Assembly: GCA_038888155.1 (NCBI GenBank)
Contig: JAWAJB010000001.1
Span: 192,001-256,000 of the forward strand
Reading direction: 5' to 3'
From: Desulfurococcaceae archaeon
GTDB taxonomy: Archaea > Thermoproteota > Thermoprotei_A > Sulfolobales > Desulfurococcaceae
DNA length: 64,000 nt
Positions 10,093 to 20,120 of this stretch are shown here, piece by piece. The position numbers and the translations under genes were made by a program. Positions within the stretch are counted from its first letter, which is position 1. Every line of letters starts with the position of its first letter. The notes beneath the pieces were generated by a model, which had not been told where the DNA came from, did not search any database, and saw only the letters and a list, made by a program, of their open reading frames with translations.

Positions 10093-10758
10093 GTGTTCAA
10101 GCTCCAATTAATAAACAGAAAATATGCGCAGAGCGTATTGACAGCTATTAGAGACAAAAACACAAGCCAAATAGACTTTAGAAAAGGGCTCGTAAGACTC
10201 GGTAGGATTCTCGGACTTGAAATTGTTGAGGACTATGAAGTGGAAGAGTACGCTGTTGAATCGCCGCTTAATGTAACTATAAAGGGCACTAGAATAAAGG
10301 ATCTCGAGAACACTGTAATTGTCACAGTTTTGAGGGCAGCCTGGCCACTTACTGAAGGGCTCATAAAGATCTTTCATAACGCTAAGCAGGGTGTAGTAGC
10401 TGCCCGAAGAGTTGAGGAGAAGGGGATGCGCAACTCAGAGTTCGACGTTGAAATATCCTATGTAAAAATACCCAAGATAAGTAAAGAGAACGTCATAATA
10501 ATAAGCGACGTAATGGTCGCGACGGGCTCTACATTAATGCACGTAATAAGGAACCTACTTAAGTACGAGAGGGCGAAAAGGTATTACATAGCCTCGGTTA
10601 TAACAACGCCCCTAGCTGTTGAGAAATTGAAGAGGTGCTCTGATGAGTTAGGCGTGGACTTAGCTATGTTCGCTGTCTCTATTGACCCAGAGGTTAATGA
10701 TAAAGGGTACATAGTGCCGGGGCTTGGCGACGCTGGAGATAGAGCTTTTGGTTCATAG
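10093..10758 (+). CDS. upp: Uracil phosphoribosyltransferase
   Basis: IRDKNT..DFRKGL, VLRAA, DVMVATGST PRPP loop, GYIVPGLGDAGDRAFG. Confidence 0.95.
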   Translation: MFKLQLINRKYAQSVLTAIRDKNTSQIDFRKGLVRLGRILGLEIVEDYEVEEYAVESPLNVTIKGTRIKDLENTVIVTVLRAAWPLTEGLIKIFHNAKQGVVAARRVEEKGMRNSEFDVEISYVKIPKISKENVIIISDVMVATGSTLMHVIRNLLKYERAKRYYIASVITTPLAVEKLKRCSDELGVDLAMFAVSIDPEVNDKGYIVPGLGDAGDRAFGS

Positions 10759-10772
10759 GGCGGTTAAATCCG

Positions 10773-11513
10773 TTAAGGTTCTTCAAAATTAGTGATGCTG
10801 TTAATGTCTAACTTTTTGTACCTCTCTAAGCTACCTACATCAAACCACTCCCCTGTGTATATGTATGCGTATACGCGGTAATTCCTGTGCACCAGCCAGG
10901 GCACTAGATCGCCCATAAAGTCAAAAGACCTGCCGAGTTCCCTTTCTATATCCTGCTTAAAAACGTGGTGCTCCACTAAGCAAATCCCAACAGTTGCAGA
11001 GATCTCTAGGTCTGGCTTTTCAACCATCCTAGTAACTCTATTCTCATCGTTAAAGTCTACAATACCTACTGGAACTTTATATCTTCTGGTAACTACAAGG
11101 GTTAAGTCTGCGGCTTTGTCCTCGTGGTAATCGAGCAGATCCCTTATATTTATTGGCGCTAGAATGTCGCCGTACCACACGAGTCCAGTGCTGTCTATAA
11201 GTTTGTTCCTGTACGCCTTTAGGATGGCCCCACCAGTGTTCCTATAGCCCTCCCTCTCATCTATTGAATACGATATTCTAACGCCAATTCTCGCGCCATC
11301 CTCGAAGTAGTTGTATATGTACTTCCACTTGTAGTCGACTAAGAACACGTAGTCTTCTATACCGTACCTTTTTAGCCACCTCACGATGAGCTCTAAAAGG
11401 GGCCTCTCTGTTTTGCCTATCGGTATCATTGGCTTGGGTATGATTTCCGTATAGGGATGGAACCTCGAACCCATGCCTCCAGCTAAAACGAGGGCTTTAA
11501 CGGCCTTATCCAA
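10773..11513 (-). CDS. Sugar-phosphate nucleotidyltransferase
   Basis: LAGGMGSRFHPYTEIIPKPM, NTGGA, WYGD, EKP, WFDVGS; start revised to TTG11513 after GGGTGG SD. Confidence 0.88.
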   Translation of the reverse strand: MDKAVKALVLAGGMGSRFHPYTEIIPKPMIPIGKTERPLLELIVRWLKRYGIEDYVFLVDYKWKYIYNYFEDGARIGVRISYSIDEREGYRNTGGAILKAYRNKLIDSTGLVWYGDILAPINIRDLLDYHEDKAADLTLVVTRRYKVPVGIVDFNDENRVTRMVEKPDLEISATVGICLVEHHVFKQDIERELGRSFDFMGDLVPWLVHRNYRVYAYIYTGEWFDVGSLERYKKLDINSITNFEEP

Positions 11514-11583
11514 GTCGAATAGCCACCCTTTACATAATAATAAAGAGTCGAGAGATTTTTTAAAAATAACAGCAGGTGTAGGC

Positions 11584-12555
11584 TTAAAGCTGTAGATCAA
11601 ATTTGAGCTCGTTTAGCAAAGAGACAACAGTTGCTCGCACCGCATCTCTAGATCCCATTGATGGTCTCCAGCCCATGTTTAGCATTTTCGATATATCCAT
11701 TACTATGCGCTTTACATCTCCCGGCCAGCCAACTCCGTGCAGTACGGGCTTGTAAATGAGCTTCACGTCCCCAATGCCCATGGTTTTTATTACAGTGTCA
11801 ACTACTTCGTTGACTGTAATGTAATCTAAGTTCCCAACGTTGTACAACTCAAAGCCTCTACGTGATTTAAGCCAGGCTACTACAGTAGCATCTACAGCGT
11901 CGTTAACGTAAAGGTAGCTCCTAATTTGCGTTCCATCCCCTAAAACCTCGAGCTTGTCCTTAACTTTAGATAGCTTAACTAGCAAATCGTAAATTACTCC
12001 ATGCCTAAGCCTAGGTCCCACTATATTTGCGTACCTAAACAGCAGAGCGTTAAATCCGTAGAGTTTGCTATAGGCGTGTATCAAGTTTTCACATGCTGCT
12101 TTACTGGCTGCGTACACAGAAACAGGCCTGCTTGCTACGTCTTCTTTGACAGGCTCTCCCCCCGTCTCGCCGTAGACACTACTAGATGATGCGAAAACTA
12201 AGTTTGTTATGTCTTTTTGCCTCATAACCTCAAGTAAGTTAAAGGATGCTACAACGTTCTCGCTAAAGTGTATTTCGGGGCTGAGGGTGCTGACTCTTAC
12301 TTCAGGATTAGCGGCGAAGTGAAATACTGCATCAACTCCCTCTAAGGCTTCCTTTAGAGTGCTTACATTTTTTAAGTCTGCATCGATGAACTCAATGCGC
12401 TTGTTCTCGAGGTGTTGCTTTATGTTCTCGAGACTGCCTGAACTTAAATTGTCCACTACTCTGACTTGAAGCCCCAACGCAACTAATTTGTCCACTAAGT
12501 GGCTTCCAATGAAGCCGGCTCCACCTGTTACTAGCACGCGGGTAGCGCCAATCAT
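11584..12555 (-). CDS. NAD-dependent epimerase/dehydratase (GalE-like extended SDR)
   Basis: VTGGAGFIGSHL, SSSSVYG, YAASK, RYANIVGP. Confidence 0.9.
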   Translation of the reverse strand: MIGATRVLVTGGAGFIGSHLVDKLVALGLQVRVVDNLSSGSLENIKQHLENKRIEFIDADLKNVSTLKEALEGVDAVFHFAANPEVRVSTLSPEIHFSENVVASFNLLEVMRQKDITNLVFASSSSVYGETGGEPVKEDVASRPVSVYAASKAACENLIHAYSKLYGFNALLFRYANIVGPRLRHGVIYDLLVKLSKVKDKLEVLGDGTQIRSYLYVNDAVDATVVAWLKSRRGFELYNVGNLDYITVNEVVDTVIKTMGIGDVKLIYKPVLHGVGWPGDVKRIVMDISKMLNMGWRPSMGSRDAVRATVVSLLNELKFDLQL

Positions 12556-12642
12556 GAGAGAGCACCGCGTTAAACCCTAAAGGCATTTCTGGCTCTTATT
12601 CTTAATTTTTACGTCGTTTGACCTTCGGGGAGTGTGAGCTCA

Positions 12643-14931
12643 TCAAGCTATAGGCTTTCCATATCTATTTTCTAGTGGGTAGAGCTCAATTGGTTGTCTC
12701 CTCGAGATCAGCCTGTCCAAGACTTGCGTAGCCTTTTTCTTAGACAGCACCTTGTTGTTATTTCCGCAGTAGGGACTGTATATGCAATGGGGGCAACCAT
12801 TGCTGCATTTACACCTGCGCATGATCTCTCGCGCAGTAATTACGGCGCTATCTAGCTTATCGTAAAGCAGCTTGGAGACGCCCGAGCCCCCAATAAGCGA
12901 ATCATATATAACCATATCGCCGCTCGGGTAGCTTATGCCTCCTAAATCAGTTAAACTAGCTCCGCACAATATTCTAGCAGCTGATATCAACGAGTGCTCA
13001 ACTGCGTGAAAGGCTTCTGCCGAGTCCCTGTACGTAAAAGTCAGGGGAGAGGGGAACTTAATTAGAGTTGCCCGCGTTGTGTACCTGTACTTAATAGGTT
13101 TCTCTAAGGCTACTGTGGAGACTACCTCGCCGCTGTAAGTACTCTTAACGATGTATCCGTCTACTAGCAACTCGAGGAGCACTTTTGCGTATCGTGCTCT
13201 TAGACCAATATCGGTAGTTCTTTCGCTGTGGACAGCGCAGCCCACTACATTTACAGTGTACAGGGGCCTTGTGTAAAGCCCTTGATCTTTCTCTAGTCTC
13301 TTCACGACAGCTTTCTTGTTGACTGCATCGAATTGAATAACCCTAAATGGGGTCTTTGAACAAATATATATTGAGCCGGGGTACAGCTCAAGTAACGCTA
13401 AGGGTAATTCTCGCGTTGCAATAACATCTCCTCTCTCTGAGTCAACGACCTCAACTACTTCGCCTAGAGATCTAATGCTCCCCCTCTCAGCGAGGTACTT
13501 GTGCCCTATCCTGTATACAACTGCTACGTACTGGTCAATCTTTTTTATTACATTCTCGGCAAGAAGGTCATTAACAACGGCCCTCCAATGGTGCGGTAAA
13601 TTTGATATATTTTCTTTGCCCACTTGGAGGAGCATTGCAACGAGGTGCGCCTTTATTACTTCTTCATTAAAAGGCTCAATTGCGCTGGGCGTGAGCTCCT
13701 GATCGAAGAACTTTGCTGGCTGCCTTAAAAAGTAAGAGTCTATAGGGTCGTCTCCAAGTACTGTAATTATATACCCCTTTCTCCTCCTTCCTGCTCTGCC
13801 AGCCCTCTGAAGGTACTTAGCAAAAGATGGAGGTAAGGTTGCAAGCAGAACTACGTCAAGGGAGCCTATGTCTACTCCTAATTCCAAAGTGGGCGTCGCA
13901 ACCACGCCTTGAAGGGCTCCTGATCTGAGCTTGTGCTCGACATCTCTTCTAACCTCAGCGGGCAGTCCAGCTCTGTGAACTGCCGTTCTTACATTGAACT
14001 TTGTTTCAATAACACTTGCTAACAACTCCGCTAGTTGCTGGCTATCTGCGAATATGATGAACTTCAAACCTCTCTCTGCAAGAAATCGCGATATAGCTGA
14101 TACAATAACCCACCTACTCGTAAGACCCGACGATACAAACGCGTGTACGGCTACGCCCTTTCTCTTGATCTCCCCTCGAATTTCCACGAAATCTTCGTCA
14201 AAAATACTCCCGGCAAATTCTTTGGGATTGCCTATTGTGGCAGAGGAAACTATAAACTGCGTCTCCTTGCTCCGCGTGAGCTTGATTCTGCGAACTAAGT
14301 GATGTAGGTGAGATCCTAAGACCCCTTCGTAATTATGAAGCTCGTCGAACACTAGAACGTCAGAGCTGTCTATGAACCTCCTTATATGCTGGCTGTAAAT
14401 TAAGCCAAGGTGAATCATATCGGGGTTTGACACTAAAATTGGCGGCGGGCTACTCGCTGTCCTACTCCTTAAGCGCTTAGGAGTATCGCCGTCGTATATA
14501 CCAATGCCAAGCTTGCCGTACACATTGTACTCTCTAAATCTATTCACTTGATCTCTTGCGAGGGCTTTAGTTGGGTAAAGGAGCATTGCCCTTGGGTTTG
14601 GCTTCTCCTCCTCAATCACTCTCTTGGCCAAAGGTATGTAGAACGCCTCAGTTTTGCCTGTGCCAGTTCCTGAGACAATAACGACGTTTCTCCCGCTAAT
14701 TATGTTTCTATAGGCTTCGTATTGAAACTTATAAAGCCTCCTAATTCCTCTCTTCTCGAGTGCCTCCAAGAGAGTGTTCGGGAGATCTAAATCCCCCACG
14801 TATGGACCTAGCTCGGGTTCGCTGTACTCGTCTATTCTTTCGTAAACTACTCTAGTGTCGTGAGCGGAATACGTCCTTAAGAGGTACTCGTTCAGCTCAA
14901 CTGTTAGCGGGTCTGCATATGCGTTTGCCAA
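12643..14931 (-). CDS. SF2 DEAD/DEAH helicase with C-terminal DUF1998 (Hrq1/MrfA/SftH-like)
   Basis: SGTGTGKT, YPTKALARDQ, DELH, SAT, TPTLELGVD, QRAGRAGR, HAVEH and C-terminal CKCSNGCPHC. Confidence 0.9.
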   Translation of the reverse strand: MANAYADPLTVELNEYLLRTYSAHDTRVVYERIDEYSEPELGPYVGDLDLPNTLLEALEKRGIRRLYKFQYEAYRNIISGRNVVIVSGTGTGKTEAFYIPLAKRVIEEEKPNPRAMLLYPTKALARDQVNRFREYNVYGKLGIGIYDGDTPKRLRSRTASSPPPILVSNPDMIHLGLIYSQHIRRFIDSSDVLVFDELHNYEGVLGSHLHHLVRRIKLTRSKETQFIVSSATIGNPKEFAGSIFDEDFVEIRGEIKRKGVAVHAFVSSGLTSRWVIVSAISRFLAERGLKFIIFADSQQLAELLASVIETKFNVRTAVHRAGLPAEVRRDVEHKLRSGALQGVVATPTLELGVDIGSLDVVLLATLPPSFAKYLQRAGRAGRRRKGYIITVLGDDPIDSYFLRQPAKFFDQELTPSAIEPFNEEVIKAHLVAMLLQVGKENISNLPHHWRAVVNDLLAENVIKKIDQYVAVVYRIGHKYLAERGSIRSLGEVVEVVDSERGDVIATRELPLALLELYPGSIYICSKTPFRVIQFDAVNKKAVVKRLEKDQGLYTRPLYTVNVVGCAVHSERTTDIGLRARYAKVLLELLVDGYIVKSTYSGEVVSTVALEKPIKYRYTTRATLIKFPSPLTFTYRDSAEAFHAVEHSLISAARILCGASLTDLGGISYPSGDMVIYDSLIGGSGVSKLLYDKLDSAVITAREIMRRCKCSNGCPHCIYSPYCGNNNKVLSKKKATQVLDRLISRRQPIELYPLENRYGKPIA

Positions 14932-15019
14932 TACAGCTCACTCAAAAGCGCGCTCGCATACTAGTAATTCTTATTTACCTAAGGTCTCTTTTTAACAAAA
15001 TAAGCGCGGTGATTACAAG

Positions 15020-16420
15020 TTGCCGAGTTGTTATGATGTTGACATAGAACAGCTGACAAAAAGGGGAGTGGAGCTGGGGGCAGATTTCGTAGATGTAAGA
15101 TGCCAAGAGCACTTCTACGAATTAATTGAATACGACAACGGAATAGTGAGGAACATTGGATCAACCGCTAGCACTGGCCTAAACTTACGCGTGCTAGTTA
15201 AAGGAAGCGCTGCATACCTGGCCACTGAAGAGCTGTCCAACGACAAAATAAAGAGCGCTATAGAGAAAGCTATTAAGCTCGCTAGATCTTCAGCTAATTA
15301 TTCCATTAAGTGGGATTTAGCGGAGAGGCCTGTTACTGTGGGACTTGCTGAGAGCAAGTACACGATTAAGCCTGAAGATATTGACCTAGAATCAAAGGTA
15401 GATCTGCTGCGATATCTCAACGGCATTTTAAGGAGTGATCAACTGACAAGTATAGCGCTTCGATACGGCTACGAAAGAGATCGCAGGTTTTATGCATCCA
15501 GTAGAGGAGATCGCGTGGAGTGCTCAACGAGGATGGTGGGCGTAGGAATGCACCTAGTTGCCCATGTAGAGGGAGAGTACGAATCTTTATCTGACAGCGC
15601 TTCTTCTACAGCGGGGTGGGAGTTCGTTAAGCAGGTCGACTGGGAAAACTACGCCCTTGAAAGAAGGAAGATTGTTTTAGAGTCAACAACCGCTGGGCGC
15701 GCTAAACCGGGTAAGTACGACGTTATACTGGACAACGAAATGGTTGGCGTGCTTCTGCACGAGGCTTTTGGGCACGCATCCGAAGGAGATTCCATTATAT
15801 CACATGAAAGTATCCTAGAAGGTAGAATGGGGGAAGTCGTTGCAAGCGATTTAGTAACAATAGTTGATGAGGGGGTTGTCGATGGAGGGGCTTTCGTACC
15901 GTATGACGATGAGGGAACTCCGAAGAAAAAAACAACTATTGTTAAGAGCGGGGTCTTAACTTCATTTCTTCATAGCCTAGATACGGCTGGGAAGCTCGAG
16001 GCCGAACCAACGGGGAACGCTAGGGCAATGTCGCATAGAGACCCTATCCTTGTGAGGCAGACGAACATTTACATGGAGCCAAGGGATTGGGAGCTAAACG
16101 AGCTCATTAGGGATACTAAAAGAGGAATTTACATTAGAGCTATAGGTGGAGGGGGCGGCGAAGTTCAGCCGATCTCCGGCGCGTTTACATTTGTAAGCGG
16201 GCCGGGGTACTTCATTGAGAACGGAGAGCTTTCAAGGCCAATCAAGAGCGCAATACTTAGCGGGCTGATATTAGAGACCCTTAGAAATATTGACGCTGTT
16301 ACGCGAGACTTTAGCATTAAAACTAGCGTCTTTGGGGGGTGCGGGAAATTTGGGCAAGTTGTTAGGACGGGAGTTGGAGGATCTCACGTTAGAGTTAGAA
16401 ACATGACTCTGGGGGGTTAA
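15020..16420 (+). CDS. tldD: TldD family metalloprotease subunit
   Basis: HEAFGHASEGD metal motif, YDDEG, RQTN, C-terminal GCGK. Confidence 0.9.
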   Translation: MPSCYDVDIEQLTKRGVELGADFVDVRCQEHFYELIEYDNGIVRNIGSTASTGLNLRVLVKGSAAYLATEELSNDKIKSAIEKAIKLARSSANYSIKWDLAERPVTVGLAESKYTIKPEDIDLESKVDLLRYLNGILRSDQLTSIALRYGYERDRRFYASSRGDRVECSTRMVGVGMHLVAHVEGEYESLSDSASSTAGWEFVKQVDWENYALERRKIVLESTTAGRAKPGKYDVILDNEMVGVLLHEAFGHASEGDSIISHESILEGRMGEVVASDLVTIVDEGVVDGGAFVPYDDEGTPKKKTTIVKSGVLTSFLHSLDTAGKLEAEPTGNARAMSHRDPILVRQTNIYMEPRDWELNELIRDTKRGIYIRAIGGGGGEVQPISGAFTFVSGPGYFIENGELSRPIKSAILSGLILETLRNIDAVTRDFSIKTSVFGGCGKFGQVVRTGVGGSHVRVRNMTLGG

Positions 16421-16422
16421 TT

Positions 16423-17778
16423 GTGGATTTCATCGAGGAAGCACTTAAAAAGCATAGAATCTACGGGCTCGACGAGATCGAGGTATACAGCGTAGCTAGT
16501 AGAAGAATAAGCATCAACGCTAGTGCCGATAAAGTAAAAGAGCCTGCCCTAGTGAATACTGTAGTACACAGCGTGCGGGGAGCCACAGGCCATAAAGCCG
16601 GCAACGTTGCCATACGCGGAGATGTTGGAAAAGTCGAGGAAGTTATGAGTAGATTGAAAAGCGTAGTAAATGCTTCATCTGAGGATCGGGACTGGCCAGG
16701 CTTTCCGCCTGATTGCGGTGTTAACAAAGAGGTTATTTGCTACGACGATAAAACGGCTGAGCTCATGCAGGACGAGAAAGCATTGCTTGAGCTGTTCGCC
16801 GACATCATGGAGGAAACGAGGAGAAAGGTTGTAGAAGAGGGGGCCGTGAAAGCAAGTATAGTAAGCGCGTGGTGGTCTCTAGGAACTACAGATTACAGCA
16901 TAGCCAACAGCAATGGAGTTTACTACAGATCTCCCTGCACTTTTAACAATCTAGCAATTCAAGTGAAAGTGAGCACCGAGCGGGGCACATCTGATTGGAC
17001 ATTTTACTCAAATAACAGGAGAGTTGACTTAAAGGAGCTCTATGAGGCTATAGATCGGGAATCCGCAATCGCAGTTTTATTTGGAGGATCTAAGCCAGTT
17101 AAGAGCGGAAAGTACAACATCATACTTTACAACAACGTGTTAAGCAACCTACTGAGTGATGTATTGGTGCCTGCGCTTTCAGCGCTTAACGTGCTCCATA
17201 GGCGCAGTCCGCTGAGAGATAAATTGCAGCAGGCTATCTTCTCGGAGAAAATTTCACTGAGCGACGATCCAACGCTGAGGCTGGAGAGAGGGAGCAGGCC
17301 CTTCGATGATGAGGGGGTCTCTACTAATAGCAAAGCGCTAGTTGATAGGGGCACGCTTAAAAACTTCCTCCACAACTACTACACAAGCCGGAAGTTCAAC
17401 GCCCAGGGAAGCGGTAACGGATTCAGGCGCTCTCCTGAAGTGTCCCCCACTCCTATGCCGACAAACCTCGTCTTAAAGGGCGACAGCGGTAGCATAGAGG
17501 AGTTCATCAAGGAGACCTCAAGGGGGTTAGTTATTTACGATGTCATAGGGCAGTGGATGAGCAACCCCGTAACAGGCTACATAAAGGCGAACATTACCCA
17601 CGGGCTACTAGTAGAGAGCGGGGAAATCTCTCAAGCTGTGAAAGGATCAATAGTAGTTGGGAATATATACGAGTGGCTCGGCAACTCACTAGACAACCTC
17701 GGCTCGGATACAAAGGTGTACAGTGGAGTGGCTGCACCTTCAGCCGTAATAAGGTCTGTAGATGTGGGCGGTGAATAG
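16423..17778 (+). CDS. pmbA: TldE/PmbA family protein
   Basis: FDDEG, SGNG, no HExxH; follows tldD by 2 nt. Confidence 0.85.
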   Translation: MDFIEEALKKHRIYGLDEIEVYSVASRRISINASADKVKEPALVNTVVHSVRGATGHKAGNVAIRGDVGKVEEVMSRLKSVVNASSEDRDWPGFPPDCGVNKEVICYDDKTAELMQDEKALLELFADIMEETRRKVVEEGAVKASIVSAWWSLGTTDYSIANSNGVYYRSPCTFNNLAIQVKVSTERGTSDWTFYSNNRRVDLKELYEAIDRESAIAVLFGGSKPVKSGKYNIILYNNVLSNLLSDVLVPALSALNVLHRRSPLRDKLQQAIFSEKISLSDDPTLRLERGSRPFDDEGVSTNSKALVDRGTLKNFLHNYYTSRKFNAQGSGNGFRRSPEVSPTPMPTNLVLKGDSGSIEEFIKETSRGLVIYDVIGQWMSNPVTGYIKANITHGLLVESGEISQAVKGSIVVGNIYEWLGNSLDNLGSDTKVYSGVAAPSAVIRSVDVGGE

Positions 17779-17787
17779 CCCTTTGTT

Positions 17788-18714
17788 CTAGTTCAGGTGC
17801 CGCAACTCAATAACGTCTCCGCTACTCAATCTATAAGTTCCTGTTTCTGTTTCAACAAGTAGGTCGCCAGCGTCTGTAACGTTCCTTGCTGTCCCAACGT
17901 GAATGCCATTCTTCGCAATTACTCTAACCTTTTTGCCGAGGGTCTCGAGGTACTCCAAGTAAGCTGACTGAACTTTCCTTATATCGTCAAAGAATTTCTC
18001 AGACTTCGTTAGAATACCGGCTATGTAGGCTATAATGCTGTTTCTTGGGATCAACCTATTAAGTAAGGACTTCAAACTAGTAGCCGTATCTAAGGGAGGG
18101 TCGTTATTTACGTTTATACCTACTCCTAGGTAGATCGCAATCTTACCTAAAATAACTTCGCCTTCAATCAGAAAGCCGGCTAATTTCCGCTCGCTGAATA
18201 TAATATCGTTTGGCCACTTAATTGCAGCTTTCACTCCTAACTTCTCATTTAGAAACTGGCAGATTGCCAGGGGAATGGCCATGGGTAAAAGTTGAGCGAC
18301 TTGCGGCCTAGTCTCAAATTTAGCTGTCATCCATATTCCTCCAAGATTGCTAAGCCATTTCTTGTTGTGGCGGCCGTAGCTCCTTATCTGGTGTTCTGCT
18401 AAAATTATGCTCCAAGGGGGATAGTGCTTCGCAACTATCATCGTAGAGCCCACTACGGGCCTGTAAATATAGTTCCATCCCCAAGGCTTTATGCTCAGGG
18501 GATTATCGCCAGCAAGCCACGAGATGCGCGATTTATCTTTATCAATAGTAATCATGAAGTTCTCGCTGAGTTCGTCAACTATTTCAACTATTTCGCTCTC
18601 GGGCAGGCCAAGTTCGCTTTCGAGCTCAGCTAATTGGGTGCGGCCTTTTTCGCCAAGAATTTTTAAGATCTCTAGTTTGAGTAGAAAGCGAGGGTCTAGT
18701 AAGTCTTGAGGCAT
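17788..18714 (-). CDS. birA: Biotin-protein ligase with N-terminal wHTH (BirA-like)
   Basis: AEHQ..SYGR...W, IKWPNDI, KLAGFLIE, GVGINV, C-terminal SH3-like tail; N-terminal HTH. Confidence 0.8.
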   Translation of the reverse strand: MPQDLLDPRFLLKLEILKILGEKGRTQLAELESELGLPESEIVEIVDELSENFMITIDKDKSRISWLAGDNPLSIKPWGWNYIYRPVVGSTMIVAKHYPPWSIILAEHQIRSYGRHNKKWLSNLGGIWMTAKFETRPQVAQLLPMAIPLAICQFLNEKLGVKAAIKWPNDIIFSERKLAGFLIEGEVILGKIAIYLGVGINVNNDPPLDTATSLKSLLNRLIPRNSIIAYIAGILTKSEKFFDDIRKVQSAYLEYLETLGKKVRVIAKNGIHVGTARNVTDAGDLLVETETGTYRLSSGDVIELRHLN

Positions 18715-19376
18715 TTTCTCATCCTGTACACTACTTTATCCATTCCAAGTAGGTTGGGCAAATCGGGGAAAAACTGCCTAAGAAAATCGTAAAGGTTAAC
18801 CACAGGTGCATTAGGCTTGCCGCTTCTTATTTCCACTAGTCCGTCTCTCCAAAGCTTTGAGAGACTTGTCAATAAGAGGCCCCTTATGTTCTCTGTTTCT
18901 ATTGAAGTGAGGTACTCTTGTTTGATGTAGTGCACTATAATTCCTGGGTTATCTCGATATTTCTCAAGCACTTCGCGATCTCTTTTAACAATGTGACAGG
19001 CAAGGCTTAATCCATAATCCGTTGAAGCTACTATGTACTTGTTTATGTCGTCGATGCTGTACCTTACCTGCCTTGGTATGTAGGGGAAGCCCCTACACAC
19101 AGAGGGCTTATACACGTAGTGCAGACGACACTTGTTTTCCTCTAGGAAGGGACAGCGGTTGTTCAGCAACTGCATGACGTAGCTCAGCGCTAGGTTTACG
19201 CCGCTTACAGCCTCGTAAATAGTGTAGCCATGTGTAAAGGTGACGCTTATATCCATTTCCTCAGCGAGCCTCTTGAGAACTGCCTCCTCGTGCGGCAGTA
19301 TGGAAATAGGAGACATCCTGCAACACAAACCGCATAGGTCGCATGAAAAAACTGGTAAGTGCTGTTTTTCTCCCAT
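18696..19376 (-). CDS. YkgJ/CxxCxxCC cysteine-cluster protein
   Basis: FSCDLCGLCC, CPFL...C..H...KP..CRGFP. Confidence 0.85.
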   Translation of the reverse strand: MGEKQHLPVFSCDLCGLCCRMSPISILPHEEAVLKRLAEEMDISVTFTHGYTIYEAVSGVNLALSYVMQLLNNRCPFLEENKCRLHYVYKPSVCRGFPYIPRQVRYSIDDINKYIVASTDYGLSLACHIVKRDREVLEKYRDNPGIIVHYIKQEYLTSIETENIRGLLLTSLSKLWRDGLVEIRSGKPNAPVVNLYDFLRQFFPDLPNLLGMDKVVYRMRKCLKTY

Positions 19377-19391
19377 AAGCGCGGAGTCCCC

Positions 19392-19949
19392 TTACACAGT
19401 AGCGTAGTAGCCTGGAATTCTTTCACGATACAGCATTTTAACTCTTTCAACCCCTCCTATCCCTTCTATGTATTCGGATACTGGAGGTGGAACTAGCTCT
19501 TTCCACTTGCTGTCGCCGACGCTCATTAGCTTCCGTATTTTGGATCCGCTGTACACCTCGCGGTTGTACTTCGGTGGCTCAATGACGACGTATCCCTCCT
19601 CCTTGAAAAGCGTCTTAATAATGGGGTTTAACGTTAGAACTGCGTTAAAGTCTGGGCTGTACAACTTAACGTAGTGCACTGCTACTCTGCTAACCTCTAG
19701 AGTGGGTAAAGTTACATTTATAACCCTTGATAAATCGTGCGATCTCCACTTAAGAGTTCTTCTGATCATCTCGAGCCTCTCCCCAGCTGTGAAGGGGTTT
19801 TCTGGTGTATGGCTCTGGCTCGCCATTCCCACAACTATAATAACTTCATCGTATGAAAATAAGCAGCTCTCCACGGCGTAGAGGTGCCCATAGTGAAAGG
19901 GCTGAAACCTAGCTATTATTAAGCACCTATTTGCCATCGATTTCACCAA
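19392..19949 (-). CDS. nadM: Nicotinamide-nucleotide adenylyltransferase
   Basis: RFQPFHYGH, SHTPENPFTAGER, SGSKIR, WKELVP. Confidence 0.92.
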   Translation of the reverse strand: MVKSMANRCLIIARFQPFHYGHLYAVESCLFSYDEVIIVVGMASQSHTPENPFTAGERLEMIRRTLKWRSHDLSRVINVTLPTLEVSRVAVHYVKLYSPDFNAVLTLNPIIKTLFKEEGYVVIEPPKYNREVYSGSKIRKLMSVGDSKWKELVPPPVSEYIEGIGGVERVKMLYRERIPGYYATV

Positions 19950-19965
19950 TTATCAGATTATCGCA

Positions 19966-20068
19966 TATGTGGGTATATTAAGTTGCGATTTTATCCGCTG
20001 GAGACTCCAGGTTGCGATCTCAGAGCTCTTTAGGCTTGCAACTTTCGCGCTAATATACCGCCCACATA
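19966..20068. repeat. Imperfect inverted repeat in the nadM upstream region
   Basis: Left arm TATGTGGG-TATATTA-AGTTGCGA (19966-19988) versus right arm TTGCAACT...TAATATA...CCCACATA (20036-20068). Confidence 0.55.
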
Positions 20069-20120
20069 GACAAATAAAAGTTTGCTTAGTATGGGTTAAA
20101 TTGGCGTAAACAGCGGCATT

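Noticed and set aside
12643-14931. DUF1998 helicase as part of a DISARM/Druantia-like defence system
   Set aside because: No methylase, nuclease or other defence genes adjacent; context is housekeeping
19993-20010. GTCTCCAGCGGAT resembling a mini-ORB origin box
   Set aside because: Single degenerate copy with no G-string, no AT-rich unwinding element and no initiator gene nearby
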